This document shows positions 39,770 through 55,647 of a DNA stretch of 64,000 bases, piece by piece. Position numbers and translations under genes: made by a program. The DNA is taken from positions 62,001 to 126,000 of the forward strand of contig CAXHJY010000430.1 of the NCBI GenBank assembly GCA_964016885.1, given 5' to 3'. The DNA is from Eledone cirrhosa (lineage: Eukaryota). The notes beneath the pieces are model-generated. The model made no database searches. It had not been told where the DNA came from and saw nothing but the letters and a program-made list of their open reading frames with translations. How positions within the stretch are numbered: the stretch's first letter is position 1; the number at the start of each line of letters is the position of its first letter.

Positions 39770-40680
39770 GTGTGGGTGTATGTGCGAGTGTCCAAATGAA
39801 CGCCTGTGTGTGTGAGTGTGTGTGTGTGTGTGTGAGTGTCCAAATGAACGCCTGTGTGTGTGAGTGTGTGTGTGTGTGTGTGAGTGTCCAAATGAACGCC
39901 TGTGTGTGTGAGTGTGTGTGTGTGTGTGTGAGTGTCCAAATGAACGCCTGTGTGTGTGAGTGTGTGTGTGTGTGTGTGAGTGTCCAAATGAACGCCTGTG
40001 TGTGTGAGTGTGTGTGTGTGTGTGTGAGTGTCCATATGAATGCCTGTGTGTGTGTGTGTGAGTGTCCATATGAATGCCTGTGTGTATGTGTGTGTGTGTC
40101 TGTGTGTGAGTGTCCATATGAATGCCTGTGTGTGTGTGTGTGAGTGTCCATATGAATGCCTGTGTGTATGTGTGTGTGTGTCAGTGTGTGAGTGTCCATA
40201 TGAATGCCTGTGTGTGTGTGTGTGAGTGTCCATATGAATGCCTGTGTGTATGTGTGTGTGTGTGTGTCTGTGAGCGAGTGTCCATATGAATGCCTGTGTG
40301 TGTGTGTGTGAGTGTCCATATGAATGCCTGTGTGTATGTGTGTGTGTGTCTGTGTGTGAGTGTCCATATGAATGCCTGTGTGTGTGTGTGTGAGCGTCCA
40401 TATGAATGCCTGTGTGTATGTGTGTGTGTGTCTGTGTGTGAGTGTCCATATGAATGCCTGTGTGTGTGTGTGTCTGTGTGTGAGTGTCCATATGAATGCC
40501 TGTGTGTGTGTGTGTGAGTGTCCATATGAATGCCTGTGTGTGTGTGTGTGTCTGTGAGCGAGTGTCCATACGAATGCCTGTGTGTGTGTGTGTATGTGTG
40601 AGTGTCCATATGAATGCCTCTCTGTGTATGTGTGAATATCCATATGAATGCATGTGTGTGTGGTTTTAGATGAATGCCTG
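39770..40680. repeat. Tandem array of gagtgtcca(a/t)atgaa(c/t)gcc separated by variable (TG)n
   Basis: More than 20 units in two sequence variants arranged in blocks. Confidence 0.92.
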
Positions 40681-41302
40681 TGTGTGCGTGTGTGTGTGTG
40701 TGTGTGTGTTACCGGCCCAATTAAGACAATCGAATAAAAACACGTAGCTTTTAAATATATAGTAAAACACACTCACAGTTTGGGTTGGGTTGGTTTTTAC
40801 TTCAGTATGTTTTTTTTTTAATTTTTATAATTAATTCAGTTGGCAATCGATGTTTATCATTGATAGACCAACAGTTAAAATATATAAATATAGTTTCTCA
40901 GAGTTCTTTCGTCACACACCTGTGACATCATGCCATAGCTATATGACTGACCAATGTTGTAGCTATATGACTAACCAATGTTATAGCTATATGACTAACC
41001 ATTAAGGGTACATGTGTCTGTGGAATGATTAGTGAATTACACGTGATTTTCCTGAGCAGGCTGTTCCGTTGATCGGGCAACTGAAACACTCATCGACGAA
41101 ACTGACGGAGATCCTTTCCATAGGTGCTAGTCAACTCACACACCACAGTCAATACAGACGCCGCAGTTTCGTCGAAACCATTATGCCTGATACTTAGTGA
41201 ATCTAGGAGTGCATTATATAATATAACCATCTATTTTAACACAATTAGGCCTGATCTGAGGAGGATTTTACTGCTATTTCTAAATCTAACGACCATATAT
41301 AA

Positions 41303-41515
41303 TGATTTCTAGTATAGGAACAAGGCCAGTAATTTGGTGGGGGTGAAAGTCGATTAAATCGCCCCCAATACGTTACTGGTGCTTTTTTTTTATCGACCCC
41401 GTAAGGATGAAAGGCAAAGTTAACCTCGACGGGATTTGAACTCAGACCGTAAAGGGCCGTAACTCTATGCTGAAAAGCATGTTGTCTGATTCTCTGCCGA
41501 TGCTGCCAACCCACC
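41303..41515 (-). mobile_element. SINE family A, near full length
   Basis: Reverse complement of 5216-5423. Confidence 0.85.
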
Positions 41516-42424
41516 AACATTAACGACCATATGTAATAGGGCTCGCTTGTTCCCAAAATTATGTTAAACATGAAGAAAAATTGCTGTAAAGTTTCATCTT
41601 TCCCCTAATAGCATTTGCAGAGTAAATAAAACTGGAAAATCGAAATCAGAATTGGGTAACCATTCACCGTATATTTTTACGACTACTTTACTAAGACACT
41701 ACATTTCAAAAGCTATTGAATTCTTCAAGCTAAATCGTCCATTTTGGCAGTTTACAGTGAAAAAGGTGAGTGGAATGGGTGGTGACATTTTTTTTCTAAC
41801 AGCCTCACATATGTCGCTGTCAGAAAAGAGAGCTGTGACAGATGAACCTAAGTCTGCTTCTATTCTGGCTTTAATTGACAAATGGTGACACACCGGAATA
41901 TTATGGGTTTCCAATACCACACCCACGCCCTCCAGTCAAATTTTCTTAATACCAAATGTGACGTCAGCCGGAGACACACGCCGTTTTCCTTATATTGCCT
42001 AACATCAAAGACACGGTAAAGGTGGTGGTAGTAGTAGTAGTGGTGGTGGTGGTTGTAGTGGTGGTGGTGGTGGTGGTGGTTGTAGTGGTGTGGTGGTGGT
42101 GGTGGTGGTGGTGACAGTGGCTGAAGAGGTGGAAGTACTGGTATCAGTTACAAGATAGAGAAACTATCATTTAGTTCAGAACGAATTCAGTCTCCAGTTC
42201 ACTTTCGATTAAAAAAAGAATTGTTTCATTTAAATATATATTTATTTTGTTTGTTACCCTAACGTCCCCTTTATTTACGTGTCCCAACGACTTTTTTTAG
42301 CCGTTGTTCGCACCAACCTGAGGCATATGGCCCTTAAAGCGATGAAATGCCTGGGAAGGTTGGAGGGTCACTGATGAAGGACTTACTTTTTCATATGCAC
42401 CACCATTTGCAACGCGCAGCCATC

Positions 42425-44000
<1,576 letters not shown>

Positions 44001-45108
44001 TATATATTCCCATGTGACCTTTTGAAATGAATTTGATACTTTGGTGTTGTGTTTGTTGAACATAGAGAGGCTGGAGTGTAACACAACACCTACCTCGTAT
44101 GGTGGTGGGAGGGGGAGGGGGAGAAGACGGAGGAGACGGAGAAGAAGAAGGAGAAAAAGAAAAAGAAAAAGAAAAAGAAGAAAAAGAAAAAGAAAAAGAA
44201 AAAAGAAAAAAAAGAAAAAGAAGAAGAAGAAGAAGAAGAAGAAGAATGATGCAGCATGAAGAAGGGCGGGGTGTAGTGATGGGGAGAATAGTGGTGGCGA
44301 GTGTGGCAGTGATAATGGTGATGGTGAAGGGTGGTGGTGGTGGATGGTGGTGGTGGTGGTGGTGATGGTGGTGATGGTGGTGGTGGTGTTGGTGGTGGTG
44401 GTGGTGGTGGTAGTGGTGATGGTGGTGGTGGTGGTGTTGGTGGTGAAGGTGGTGTTGGTAGTGTAGTGGTGGTGGTGGGTGCAGGTAGTGTAGTGGTAAA
44501 GGTGGTGTTGGTAGTGTAGTGGTGGTGGTGGTGTTGATGTGTGCAGGTAGTGTGGTGGTGGTGGCGTTGGTAGTGTAGTGGTGTTGGTGCAGGTAGTGGT
44601 GGTGGTCTTGGTAGTGTAGTGGTGGTGGTGTTGGTAGTGTAGTGTAGTGGTGGTGGTGTGTGCAGGTAGTGTAGTGGTGGTGTTGGTGTTGGTAGTGTAG
44701 TGGTGGTGGTGTGTGCAGGTAGTGTAGTGGTGGTGGTGTGTGCAGGTGTAGGTATTGTGTGTTGTGGAGAAATTAATCTTCTATTATAATTCTATTCACA
44801 TCTAGGATACATTATAAGAATATTAAAAGGGAGCTCATACTTAACTGGCCCTTAATATAATTGTCCCCTGCAGGGTATGACGGATGAGAGGGAAACCTCG
44901 GCTTTTAACTTACAGAATAATAGTTTGTAACTAAATATCACAAAGCACTTTGTCCGATGCTCTACTGATTCTGCCAAGTCAACACCACATCTAGTTAATG
45001 ATAGTAGTGGGGAATAATGTGATATTGATAGTAGTTATGTTGATGTTGTAGTACTAATGATAGTATAGCACTCGTGGTGTGGTGGTAAAGGAGGTTAGTA
45101 CTATATAA

Positions 45109-45222
45109 TAGGAAAAAGTATGACCCCCGACGGCAGAGCTCAAGCCGTTTCGACGGCTATTTCTGGAGTCCAGAAATAGCCGTCGAAACGGCTTGAGCTC
45201 TGCCGTCGGGGTCATACTTTTT

Positions 45223-45226
<4 letters not shown>
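45109..45226. mobile_element. Family F element reduced to a 118-bp near-perfect palindrome
   Basis: taggaaaaagtatgaccccc..tttctgga-g-tccagaaa..ggggtcatactttttccta. Confidence 0.9.
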
Positions 45227-45284
<58 letters not shown>

Positions 45285-45614
45285 CAAGGTTTAGCAAATA
45301 ATGAAAAAGTTTCAAAATAAATTTTAAAAAATTAACTTTACTTACTATATATACGTCTATGTGTGAGTGTGTGTGCGTGTGTGTGTGCGTGTATGTATAT
45401 ATGTAAAGAGAGAGAGAGAAAGAGAAAGAGAAAGATAGGGGTAAAATCCTATTGTTGTTGTTGTTGTTGTTGTAGTTATTGTTGTCATTGCTGTTGACAC
45501 GGTTCTGGTGTGTTTGGTACAGAGATGTTCCACCAGGAGGACACCCGGGTCAATGAATTACCTATCAGTTGCTAATTATAGGCTTTACCTATTGGATACA
45601 GTTACATTCTGATA

Positions 45615-45824
45615 ATGGTGGGTCGTGGTGGTGCTGGTGGTGGTGGTGGTGGTGGTGGTGGTGGTGGTGGTGGTGGTGGTGGTGTGGTGGTGGTGGTGGT
45701 GCTGGTGGTGGTGGTGCTGGTGGTGCTGGTGCTGGTGGTGGTGTGGTGGTGGTGGTGGTGGTGCTGGTGGTGTGGTGGTGGTGGTGGTGTAGTGGTGGTG
45801 TAGTGGTGGTGCTGGTGGTGGTGG

Positions 45825-45855
<31 letters not shown>

Positions 45856-46130
45856 GCTGGTGGTGTGGTGGTGGTGCTGGTGGTGGTGGTGGTGGTGCTG
45901 GTGGTGGTGGTGGTGGTGGTGGTGGTGGTGTGGTGGTGTGGTGGTGGTGCTGGTGGTGTGGTGGTGTTGGTGGTGGTGGTGGTGGTGTGGTGGTGGTGCT
46001 GGTGGTGGTGGTGGTGTGGTGGTGGTGTGGTGGTGCTGGTGCTGGTGGTGGTGGTGCTGGTGGTGTTGGTGCTGGTGGTGGTGGTGGTGGTGTGGTGGTG
46101 GTGGTGCTGGTGCTGGTGGTGCTGGTGGTG

Positions 46131-46161
<31 letters not shown>

Positions 46162-46520
46162 GGTGGTGGTGGTGTGGTGGTGGTGGTGGTGGTGGTGGTG
46201 GTGTAGTGGTGGTGGTGGTGTGGTGGTGGTGGTGGTGGTGCTGGTGGTGGTGGTGGTGGTGTGGTGGTGGTGGTGCTGGTGCTGGTGGTGCTGGTGGTGT
46301 GGTGGTGGTGCTGGTGGTGGTGGTGCTGGTGGTGGTGGTGGTGGTGTGGTGGTGGTGGTGGTGGTGGTGGTGTAGTGGTGGTGGTGGTGTTGGTGGTGGT
46401 GGTGCTGGTGGTGGTGTTGGTGGTGTAGTGGTGCTGGTGGTGTGGTGGTGGTGGTGGTGCTGGTGGTGGTGTGGTGGTGTGGTGGTGCTGGTGGTATTTG
46501 GGATGGTGATGGTGGTGGTG
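45615..46520. repeat. (GGT)n/(GCT) tract
   Basis: Directly visible. Confidence 0.95.
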
Positions 46521-46989
46521 GTAGCTGGACGCTACAAGAAAGACTATAGTTTCAGAATAGATGGGAAGTTAATAGGAAGACAATGGCCGGATGGGAGAAA
46601 GAGAGGATGGGAGGATGGGAGGATGAGAGGTGAGTTGAGAGACTGTTGAAGTGGAAGAGATATGGCAGCTATTAGAACACTGCTGTTGTTGTTGTTGTTG
46701 TTTAGCTCTAGGTAGACTCTGATCAATCACACCTATGACTAAAGAGCATTCCAATTGTGACCATCCCGCATGTTTAGTGTATGGTAAGTAAGACTACATT
46801 ACTTTGTATAATAAGCATGTTATAAGATATATAAGGATATTTTTATATAGTAAAACTATAAGGTATTGGTGTTGACCCGTAACTTTGGGGAGTCGTAGGG
46901 ACGCCATATTGACATACGAAGTTTCTTGGCCATTTTAAACCTGATGGAGATTATCGCCACACAACGTCTGATTACAGCATATTTCTTCC

Positions 46990-47050
<61 letters not shown>

Positions 47051-47051
47051 C

Positions 47052-47509
47052 TATATCCAAAATTAAGATAAATCAAATGAATTTAATCTAAATCAAAATT
47101 ATGGGTGTCATGCCAGAAAGACATGCGCCATATCACCCGGAAAATAAGCTCTAAGATTCTAACGAGTAGGTCCGAGTAATTTATAATAACTAGAAATTGA
47201 TTAACATATAAATAAACATGAATAATCACAGGAAATAATTAATCATATTATAAGGTATATATTTTTGAAGTTCTGGTCAACTTTATTTAGTTACCTACCT
47301 AGCTATGTGTGGTTACCCACTTGTAAAAATTATTTCCTGTGATTATTCATGTTTATTTATATGTTAATCAATTTCTAGTTATTATAAAATGCTCGGACCT
47401 ACTCGTTAGAATCTTAGAGCTTATTTTCCGGGTGATATGGCGCATGTCTTTCTGGCATGACACCCATAATTTTGATTTAGATTAAATTCATTTGATTTAT
47501 CTTAATTTT

Positions 47510-47515
<6 letters not shown>
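47052..47515. mobile_element. Large inverted repeat (arms of about 190 bp, spacer of about 87 bp) between (TA)n tracts
   Basis: 47052-47240 is almost exactly the reverse complement of 47328-47515. Confidence 0.85.
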
Positions 47516-47570
<55 letters not shown>

Positions 47571-47574
<4 letters not shown>

Positions 47575-47704
47575 AACCAGTAAGACCCCGACAGTGAGCT
47601 CAGCTGTCGGGGTCTTACTGGTTCCTATTACCCACTCTACTACCTCAAGTATTGAGTACTTTGGTGCGTTATGGTCCACCTGGTTCCTTACCACATTTCC
47701 TTCG

Positions 47705-47708
<4 letters not shown>
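47571..47708 (+). mobile_element. Family F hairpin element (variant)
   Basis: Palindrome centred on gacagtgagctcagctgtc plus the family tail. Confidence 0.85.
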
Positions 47709-47774
<66 letters not shown>

Positions 47775-47877
47775 GTTATTCCGGGTTGAATCGGAGGTAA
47801 CCACAGTAAGTAAGGTACTCAATACATAGCAGAGTATAACAGTTTTAATATAGAAGAGATTCTACAGGACTAGAACT

Positions 47878-47926
47878 GATTCCTGATGATTTCTAATGAA
47901 TGAAACAGCTCTAGTCCTGTAGAATC
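47878..47926 (+). ncRNA. Type-I hammerhead ribozyme inside a fold-back (47848-47936)
   Basis: GATTC-CTGATGA-T-TTC-TAAT-GAA-T-GAAA-CAG-CTCTAGTC-CTG-T-A-GAATC. A related 3' half with the perfect palindrome ACAGGACTAGTCCTGT lies at about 31587-31602. Confidence 0.65.
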
Positions 47927-47928
47927 TC

Positions 47929-47987
<59 letters not shown>

Positions 47988-48605
47988 GAGAGAGAGAGAT
48001 ACATACATACATTTTCCCTATACAAAAAAAGTTCTTTAGAGATAGCCGCCATGTTGATAGTGCCAACAGTATAAATAGAGGAAAGATGAAAGCTTGGGCG
48101 TGTGGTGCTGAACAGTGTAGCACTTGGAGCAAATCCAGCCACATTACAATGTATGTAACCTGCCATGTAAATACATACAGGCTGTCATTATGGTGGAAGA
48201 CTAGCTTCAAGACAAGTGGGATTAAACTACAATTAAAAAGATATCTAGTCAGACAGGCAGACAGACAGGCAGACAGCACTGTCTTTATTGTAGGAGATTG
48301 TAACATATGCAAACTGTTTTATAGATCTGCCCTCTTCTGTCGGCCTGTTTGTCTATGTGTCTATCTATTTATTAGACTATGCACTTGTGTGTGTTTGTCA
48401 GACCCGTGTAACTGATCTCAGTTTGACAATCGCCACCGACGAATGCGAGAAAGTTCTCCAGGAAAGTTAACCAGGAATCTTTAAAACTCTCCCCATCGAA
48501 GTTAACAAAGAACTTACTAGATCTACAAAACCTAATTGTAAAATTATAATATTATAAAATTTAATTTAATTGTTTAGAACTACAAGTGAAGTCATTCTTT
48601 TCCTT

Positions 48606-48645
<40 letters not shown>

Positions 48646-49002
48646 TTTAACTTTAATTATATCTCATAAAATAATACAACTGGTTTTTCCACATTATACA
48701 TATTGTTAGCACCCCAAACACTTAAATTGGGTTTATATTTTAATATAACCTAATGTTTGTTGAGTGAGATGGTTACCAGTCAGAGTTTAACTTTAAACTA
48801 TCTCTGTTATTGTATTAAATATATATATATATATATAGTATTAGTTATACTATTTATGGTTATGTAAATACAAAACCTTAAGCAGTTGTAGGTATTTTAC
48901 ACACAACCTAAATAGTGGTAGGCAGTATTGTATTACTACCTTATTACCAGTAAGTTAAGTAGCTCAATGTAAAAACATCAGATGATTTACAGAGCAGTTA
49001 TA

Positions 49003-49094
<92 letters not shown>

Positions 49095-49212
49095 GATAAA
49101 TATTGATGCAATTCAATTCAAGCACTCAACGTACTTTTTCCACATAGGAGTGACGGAGTAAATATCGAATAAGGAAAATATATATATATTTATATATATA
49201 CATATATATACA

Positions 49213-49259
<47 letters not shown>

Positions 49260-49267
49260 GTATATGT

Positions 49268-49303
<36 letters not shown>

Positions 49304-49991
49304 TTGTGTGCATAAGAGAAAGAGCACGAGGCGAGGTGTGATGCCCATATCGCTGCGGTTTACTCTCATCCCTAACACACCATCACGTCCATTAACGTAA
49401 GGAATATAATGGAGCACAAGATGAGGATCAAATGAGGTATGATACGGGTACCATGGTTCGCCCCTGGTTACTTTCTGACTTTTAAGGCGGTTCTCGTAGA
49501 CTTCCAAACCCGTACACACCAAACTTCACACTACCCCGTTTCTCACCTTGCTCACACCATCCTACCACTCCCCCTTCTTCACTCTAACACATGCGCACGC
49601 ACAACTTCTTCCCCCTCATTCACCATTATGCTACACATAGACACAAATATACATATATATATATGTATGTATATGTATACATATACACACATACACACAC
49701 ATATATATATATATATACATATACACACATACATATATATATATATGTATATGTATACATATACACACATACACACACATATATACATATTCACACATAC
49801 ATATATATATATGTATATGTATACATATACACACATACACACACACACACATATATATATATATATGTATACGTATACACACATACACACACACACACTC
49901 ACACACATACATATATATATATGTATACATATACACACATACACACACACAACATACATATATATATATGTATACATATATACATATACAG

Positions 49992-50039
<48 letters not shown>

Positions 50040-50055
50040 GTGTATACATATACAC

Positions 50056-50093
<38 letters not shown>

Positions 50094-50167
50094 GTATAAA
50101 TATACATACATACACAGACACACACATACATATATATATATATGTATACATATACACACACACACGC

Positions 50168-50199
<32 letters not shown>

Positions 50200-50224
50200 A
50201 TGTATAGATATGTATATATATATA

Positions 50225-50410
50225 TAGGAAAAAGTATGACCCCGACGGCAGAGCTCAAGCCGTTTCGACGGCTATTTCTGGACTATTGAGTCCAGAAATA
50301 GCCGTCGAAACGGCTTGAGCTCTGCCGTTCGGGGTCATACTTTCTCCTATTACCCACTCTACTACCCTAAATATTGAGTTTTCTGGTGCGTTATGGTCCA
50401 TCTGGTTCCT
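50225..50410 (+). mobile_element. Family F hairpin element
   Basis: Palindrome centred on ggac-tattga-gtcc plus the family tail. Confidence 0.85.
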
Positions 50411-50540
50411 ATATATATGTGTGTGTGGGTGTGTGGGTGTGTGGGTATATATATGTGTGTGTGTGTGTGTGGGTGTTTATAAAATTCTATATAGGAAAAG
50501 TAAACGGTATAAGAAAAGATTTTTACCTATTTACTTTGAT

Positions 50541-50617
50541 GTCCCGACTGCAGTTTCGTTGAGTAATCGCAGTTTTTTTTTTTAGTACTGTGAGAAGTAT
50601 CAGCTCATCAGAAAAAC
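50541..50617 (-). ncRNA. Type-I hammerhead ribozyme, weak stem I
   Basis: Minus strand reads GTTTTT-CTGATGA-GCTGA..TCACAGT/ACTGCGA..TCAAC-GAAA-CTGCAG-T-C-GGGAC. Stem III is palindromic and the triplet is GUC. Confidence 0.6.
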
Positions 50618-51547
50618 TATCAATCAAGTAATATTCTTCCGAGTTATCCGCTACCAGCGATCATTTCTAAGGGAAGAAATATATATACATATATACATAT
50701 ATATATACATACATATACATACATATATATACACATATACGTAACCGTTTATGTAATTGAAAAGCTGTTAATAGACTAAATTAATAAGACAAGAAGAGTT
50801 AACGACAAATAAAGACTTGAAACTTTAAGAAACTGAAAGGGTTTATGTGGTTAGAACATATGTGATTAGATATCTAATATACTATGTTGGTGGAGCTTCT
50901 GTTACAGTTTGGGACTTAAGTATATATATACTGTACATGTATTATTATTATTATTATTAGCTCACCCTTTTTTTATCCCCACGAGATACGAGACTGAGAA
51001 AGAAATTAAGAATACGATCATATTAACATATTTAGAGTCAATAGAAAATCAGTGTTGTAAAAATCAAAGCACAAATATATTGAAACAAATTATTGGAGTG
51101 TCTTCAGCCCCTTAAACCCCTTACCGACGGAAGGCTTAGTTGGATATATTTCGGATCCAGAACTTCAAGGTTGTATCCCATTTGATTCACATATTTTTCC
51201 AAGTCATTTTAAGTGTATGCCTTACTCCCTCTGCAGAACTTACTAAATACTTGGTCCAACTATCTCCTTAGGAGCAGGCCCACCAATTTACCCACTAGTT
51301 AGGTTTTCTATACGGACATCGTTGTACAGGGTTGTACAGGGGTTAAATATCAACGACATTGACTTCATCTTTTTAAAAGGGACTTTAAAAAAAACGACGA
51401 GAACCGCCCCTCTTCCTTTGACTAAATAATTCCTACATTTTGGTACAAGACCAACAATTTGAAGAAAAGAGGAGAGAGGGAAGAAATGAGACTGATGAGA
51501 AATAGTTGAAATGGATGTTTATACACGAGAGGAAGACTGTCAGATGA

Positions 51548-51581
<34 letters not shown>

Positions 51582-51668
51582 GTTTGTGTGTGTATGTGTC
51601 TGTGTGTGTGCGTATGTTTGTGTGTTTGAGTGTTTGTTTGTATGTGTATGTGTATGTGTGTGTATGTG

Positions 51669-51706
<38 letters not shown>

Positions 51707-52339
51707 TGTGTATGCATGTGTGAGTGCATGCGTATGGGGAGACACAGAGACGGGGAGAGAGGGGGGTAGAAAGAGGTAAGTAAATCAGAGAGGTAACTAT
51801 ATAGACAGAGGAGCAGCGGGAGGCAGGGCGAAAGAGGGAGAGAGGGGGGGGTGAGTGGCGTGGAACAAGGAAACAGTAGGAGAAGCAGAAGACAGTGTGA
51901 AAGAGAAATGCCTGCCACGTGTTTCCCGCCAAGTAGTCACACGTGGGCCACGCGCTGTCACCCGCTGTTTAAAACAAACCGTTTAGCTTAAATAAACACA
52001 TTAACAAAGAGAAGGAAGGAAAAAATAAAAGACAACTAAGCAGCAGTGTTTGCTCACCTTAGTTAACAGACAACGTATGATTACCACAGCAAGTGTATCT
52101 ACCGACCTCTATTTACTGCTGTACTGTTGTTTAAACTGAATGACTTGCTTCATAAAACGTGTCTCCGTAGAGTGTTGATAAATTCATTTTCATTGATAAT
52201 TTAAACACTAATCATGTTTGTGCATTTACATCTTATTTTATGCATTACCGTAACCACAAGGTGTCGCTGAACACTTTACTCATTCTCTGTTGATAAGAAA
52301 AGTTTGTCAAGGCTGGCTTCTCTGTTGTGTTAAAAAAAA

Positions 52340-52740
52340 AAGAGTCTAAAGTCTTTCTAGAACCCGGAGGCTCGGCAGATTGGTGCTCATCCAGTTGACC
52401 ATGACTGGGAGTACCCGACTTCTCCCTGCACATAACACCATTCCATCACAGGTTTAGACTGGAAGTACACGACTTCTCCCTGGACATAACACCAGTCCAT
52501 CACAGGTTTAGACTGGAAGTACACGACTTCTCCCTGGACATAACACCAGTCCATCACAGGTTTAGACTGGGAGTACACGACTTCTCCCTGCACATAACAC
52601 CAGTCCATCGCAGGGTTGGACCCCCAGCTATGGCTGGTACTAACTCACAGTCGAGTGTACTGGAATACGAGAAATAAAGTGTTTTGCTCGAGAACACAAC
52701 ACACAACCCAGTCCGGGAATGGAACCTACGACATTATGAT
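52340..52740 (-). mobile_element. CORE-type SINE with an internal 54-bp x4 tandem duplication (52403-52615)
   Basis: The minus strand has a B-box-like ggttccattcc, tcgagcaaaacacttt and aaccctgcgatggactgg. Units start at 52403, 52457, 52511 and 52565. Confidence 0.65.
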
Positions 52741-52854
52741 CTATTCACTCTATGATATCCAATGTGTCTTTTTCTCAGGTCACGGTGCAAATTTGAAGGA
52801 TATTTGGCAGCTATTATAACATACCTGCTGATATGACGTCTACGATTGCTGTAT

Positions 52855-53330
52855 TATTTTATTCACCTCCAAAGGGATGACTAGTGAAGTTGTCTAGTGT
52901 AGAACTCAGAGTACTGACAGGCGGAACAAATACCGCAAGGTAATTTCTCCCACACTTTAACAACTCGGCCAATTCACTGCCTACATAGAAGTTTCTTCAT
53001 TCATTCAGCGTAGCTAATATAACTTTGATAACTTGCCTTTCATCATTACGGGGTCGATAAATAAAGCACCAGTAACGTACTGGGGTCGATTTAATCGACT
53101 TTTCCCTCCCACAAAAAATTGCTGGCCTTGTGCCTAAAACAGAAATCGTTATTGCGTCATATAGTTACGTCCCTTTACGTTCTGAGTTGAAATGCCACGA
53201 GGGTTAACTTTGCTTTTCATCCTTACGGGGTCGATAAAATAAAGTACCAGTGTGGCACTGGGGTCGATTTAATCGACTTTCCCCTCCTTTAAAATTGTTG
53301 GTCTTATATCTAAATCAGAAACCATTATTC
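52855..53330. mobile_element. Cluster of three family A SINEs (one minus, two plus)
   Basis: About 52855-52985 (-), 53030-53150 (+) and 53160-53330 (+). Confidence 0.75.
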
Positions 53331-53947
53331 TTATTGATGTAGTTTATCTTCAGGAGGGACGTGACTGAGCAGTCCTACGATTAAAGTATGATCAAAGGCG
53401 TTCCAGTCATGATCATTACGTTTGTTTCTCATGTATCGTGTCTCTGACTACATTCTCAAATGGTGTTAATCTCTTTTAAGAAATGTAGGGTGTGGTTTGA
53501 GTTATGGTTTTTATACAATTTTTAGCAAGTGAAGCAGCAAAGTTGGAAGGTTCCTCGTTGACGAAACATAGACAAGTGTGAATTACTCGGGCGTCACGGA
53601 AGACACGTACAACGACGGAGAGATGTTGGTGTAAAGAATTTTGAAGAAAATATCATTTTTCACGCCTCCATCTTCCTTTCCTGATATGTGGGTGTAAGCT
53701 AGAAGGAATCAGAAGATCAGTGGGTGGGGTCAGATTGGCTAAATACGTAGAATTCCTGGTGTAAACAATAAAAAAATATGTAATAATATAAAACAAATGT
53801 AAATGAAATATTTTCTATTTTGTCATTTTATCCAATATCTTATTTATATTTGTGTTGTCTTTAATTTTCTGTCTTTTCCTTTGCTTTTTATTCGTTTGCT
53901 TTTTTGTCATATAATATGAATATATATAAATATACGTGTGTATGTAT

Positions 53948-54157
53948 GTCCCGTAATTCCTGATAGAGTTGTATGGGCGCCATATTGACATACGGCGTTT
54001 CTTGGACATTTTAAGTCTCTCCAGGCCTGAGTACAACAGATTTCTTCCAGAGAAAGATAAAGAGTGGGAGAATGGGAGTGAGAAAGAGATATAGAAGAAG
54101 AATCGATCCCAGTACTTGACTGGTACTTTTTTGATCGACCTCGAAAGGATGAAAGGC
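53948..54157 (-). mobile_element. SINE family A long-tail subfamily, 5'-truncated
   Basis: Tail plus central domain. Confidence 0.7.
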
Positions 54158-54160
54158 ATT

Positions 54161-54291
<131 letters not shown>

Positions 54292-54378
54292 CTGTGCGCG
54301 CGAGTGTGTTTGTGTGTATTTATATATTGTCTTATCCAACTTTGCCATGTCTACACACTTTTGGATGGCCGTTGACTC

Positions 54379-54409
<31 letters not shown>

Positions 54410-54443
54410 CATACATACATACATACATACATACATACATACA

Positions 54444-54820
54444 TGGTGGTGGCTGCCAACTCGTTTTCGAGTACGGCCACTATTTTATATCCATGTAGGA
54501 GAACGCCTACCGATGCGCTGAACGAGTGTGACTTTTTAGTCCAGCCAGCGTATTGAAAACTCTGGTACAAACACTACACTTGTGACAATTATTGACACAT
54601 AGTGCTGGGCCCATGGTACCATGTGAGGACAACTGCAGAGAGATCTCCAGATATAAAGCAATGCCTGTGCCGTGATGCTTTTATAGTGAGCAAAGGCACT
54701 GCACAAAGCCAGTCCCACTCTCTTAACCAAGATGATATTTACCAAAAAGAAGAACAAGTCAACATCATTGGATACCATCAGAGTTGCAGGTGTTATATCA
54801 GAGTTTTCCTTCTCCTAGAA
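54444..54820 (-). mobile_element. RTE-derived bipartite element, 5'-truncated, within (ACAT)n
   Basis: Highly similar to 24588-24965. Confidence 0.8.
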
Positions 54821-55049
54821 TACATATATACGTACATACATACATACATACATACATACATACATACATACATACATACATACATACATACATGCATACA
54901 TACATACATATACAATATAACCATCATATCCAAATTTGTTTATTTGCTGCGTGCATTCACTATATGTACGTATGCTTGTATATATCTGTGTCTTGTTGAT
55001 CGAGTGTGTTTGTGTGAGTGTGTGTGTCTGTGTGTGTAAAGGAGAGGGT

Positions 55050-55102
<53 letters not shown>

Positions 55103-55647
55103 GGGGACATTGAAACACAGAGAGAGGGACTGAGAGAGAGAGAGAGAGAGAGGGGTGGACATTGAAACACAGAGAGAGGGACTGAGAGAGACAGAGAGAG
55201 AGAGAGGGACTGAGAGAGACAGAGACACAGTAAGACACAAGGAGGGGGATTAAGAGACAGACAGAGAGAGTCAAACAGAAACTGAGAGAGACTGAGAATG
55301 ATGTTGTTTATATGCGCATGTGTGTGAAGAGCCAGAAACATGATACATAATTAATAAACTATGAAGAGATGGTGGATCTATTGCCGTGAACATATTGGAT
55401 GGCAATTGTGACATTGTCGGCCATTGACGACTGCGACGACGACGACGATAAAGACGACTGCAACGACGACGACAACGATAACGACGACGACGACGACGAT
55501 AAAGACGACTACGACGACGACGACGACTGTGACGACAACAACAACGAGAATGATGATGAGGAGGAGAGAGGATAGAAACATGCTGATCGTATAGCATTGA
55601 AGATGATGATGAGTTTTGTTGGTAAGGATGGAAGGGAGAAGGACATA

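Noticed and set aside
39770-40680. CRISPR-like repeat-spacer pattern
   Set aside because: The spacers are (TG)n rather than unique sequence, there are no cas genes, and the context is eukaryotic.
41920-41966. EGR-like site plus full CRE (TGACGTCA)
   Set aside because: Two short motifs are expected by chance in 64 kb, and there is no other support.
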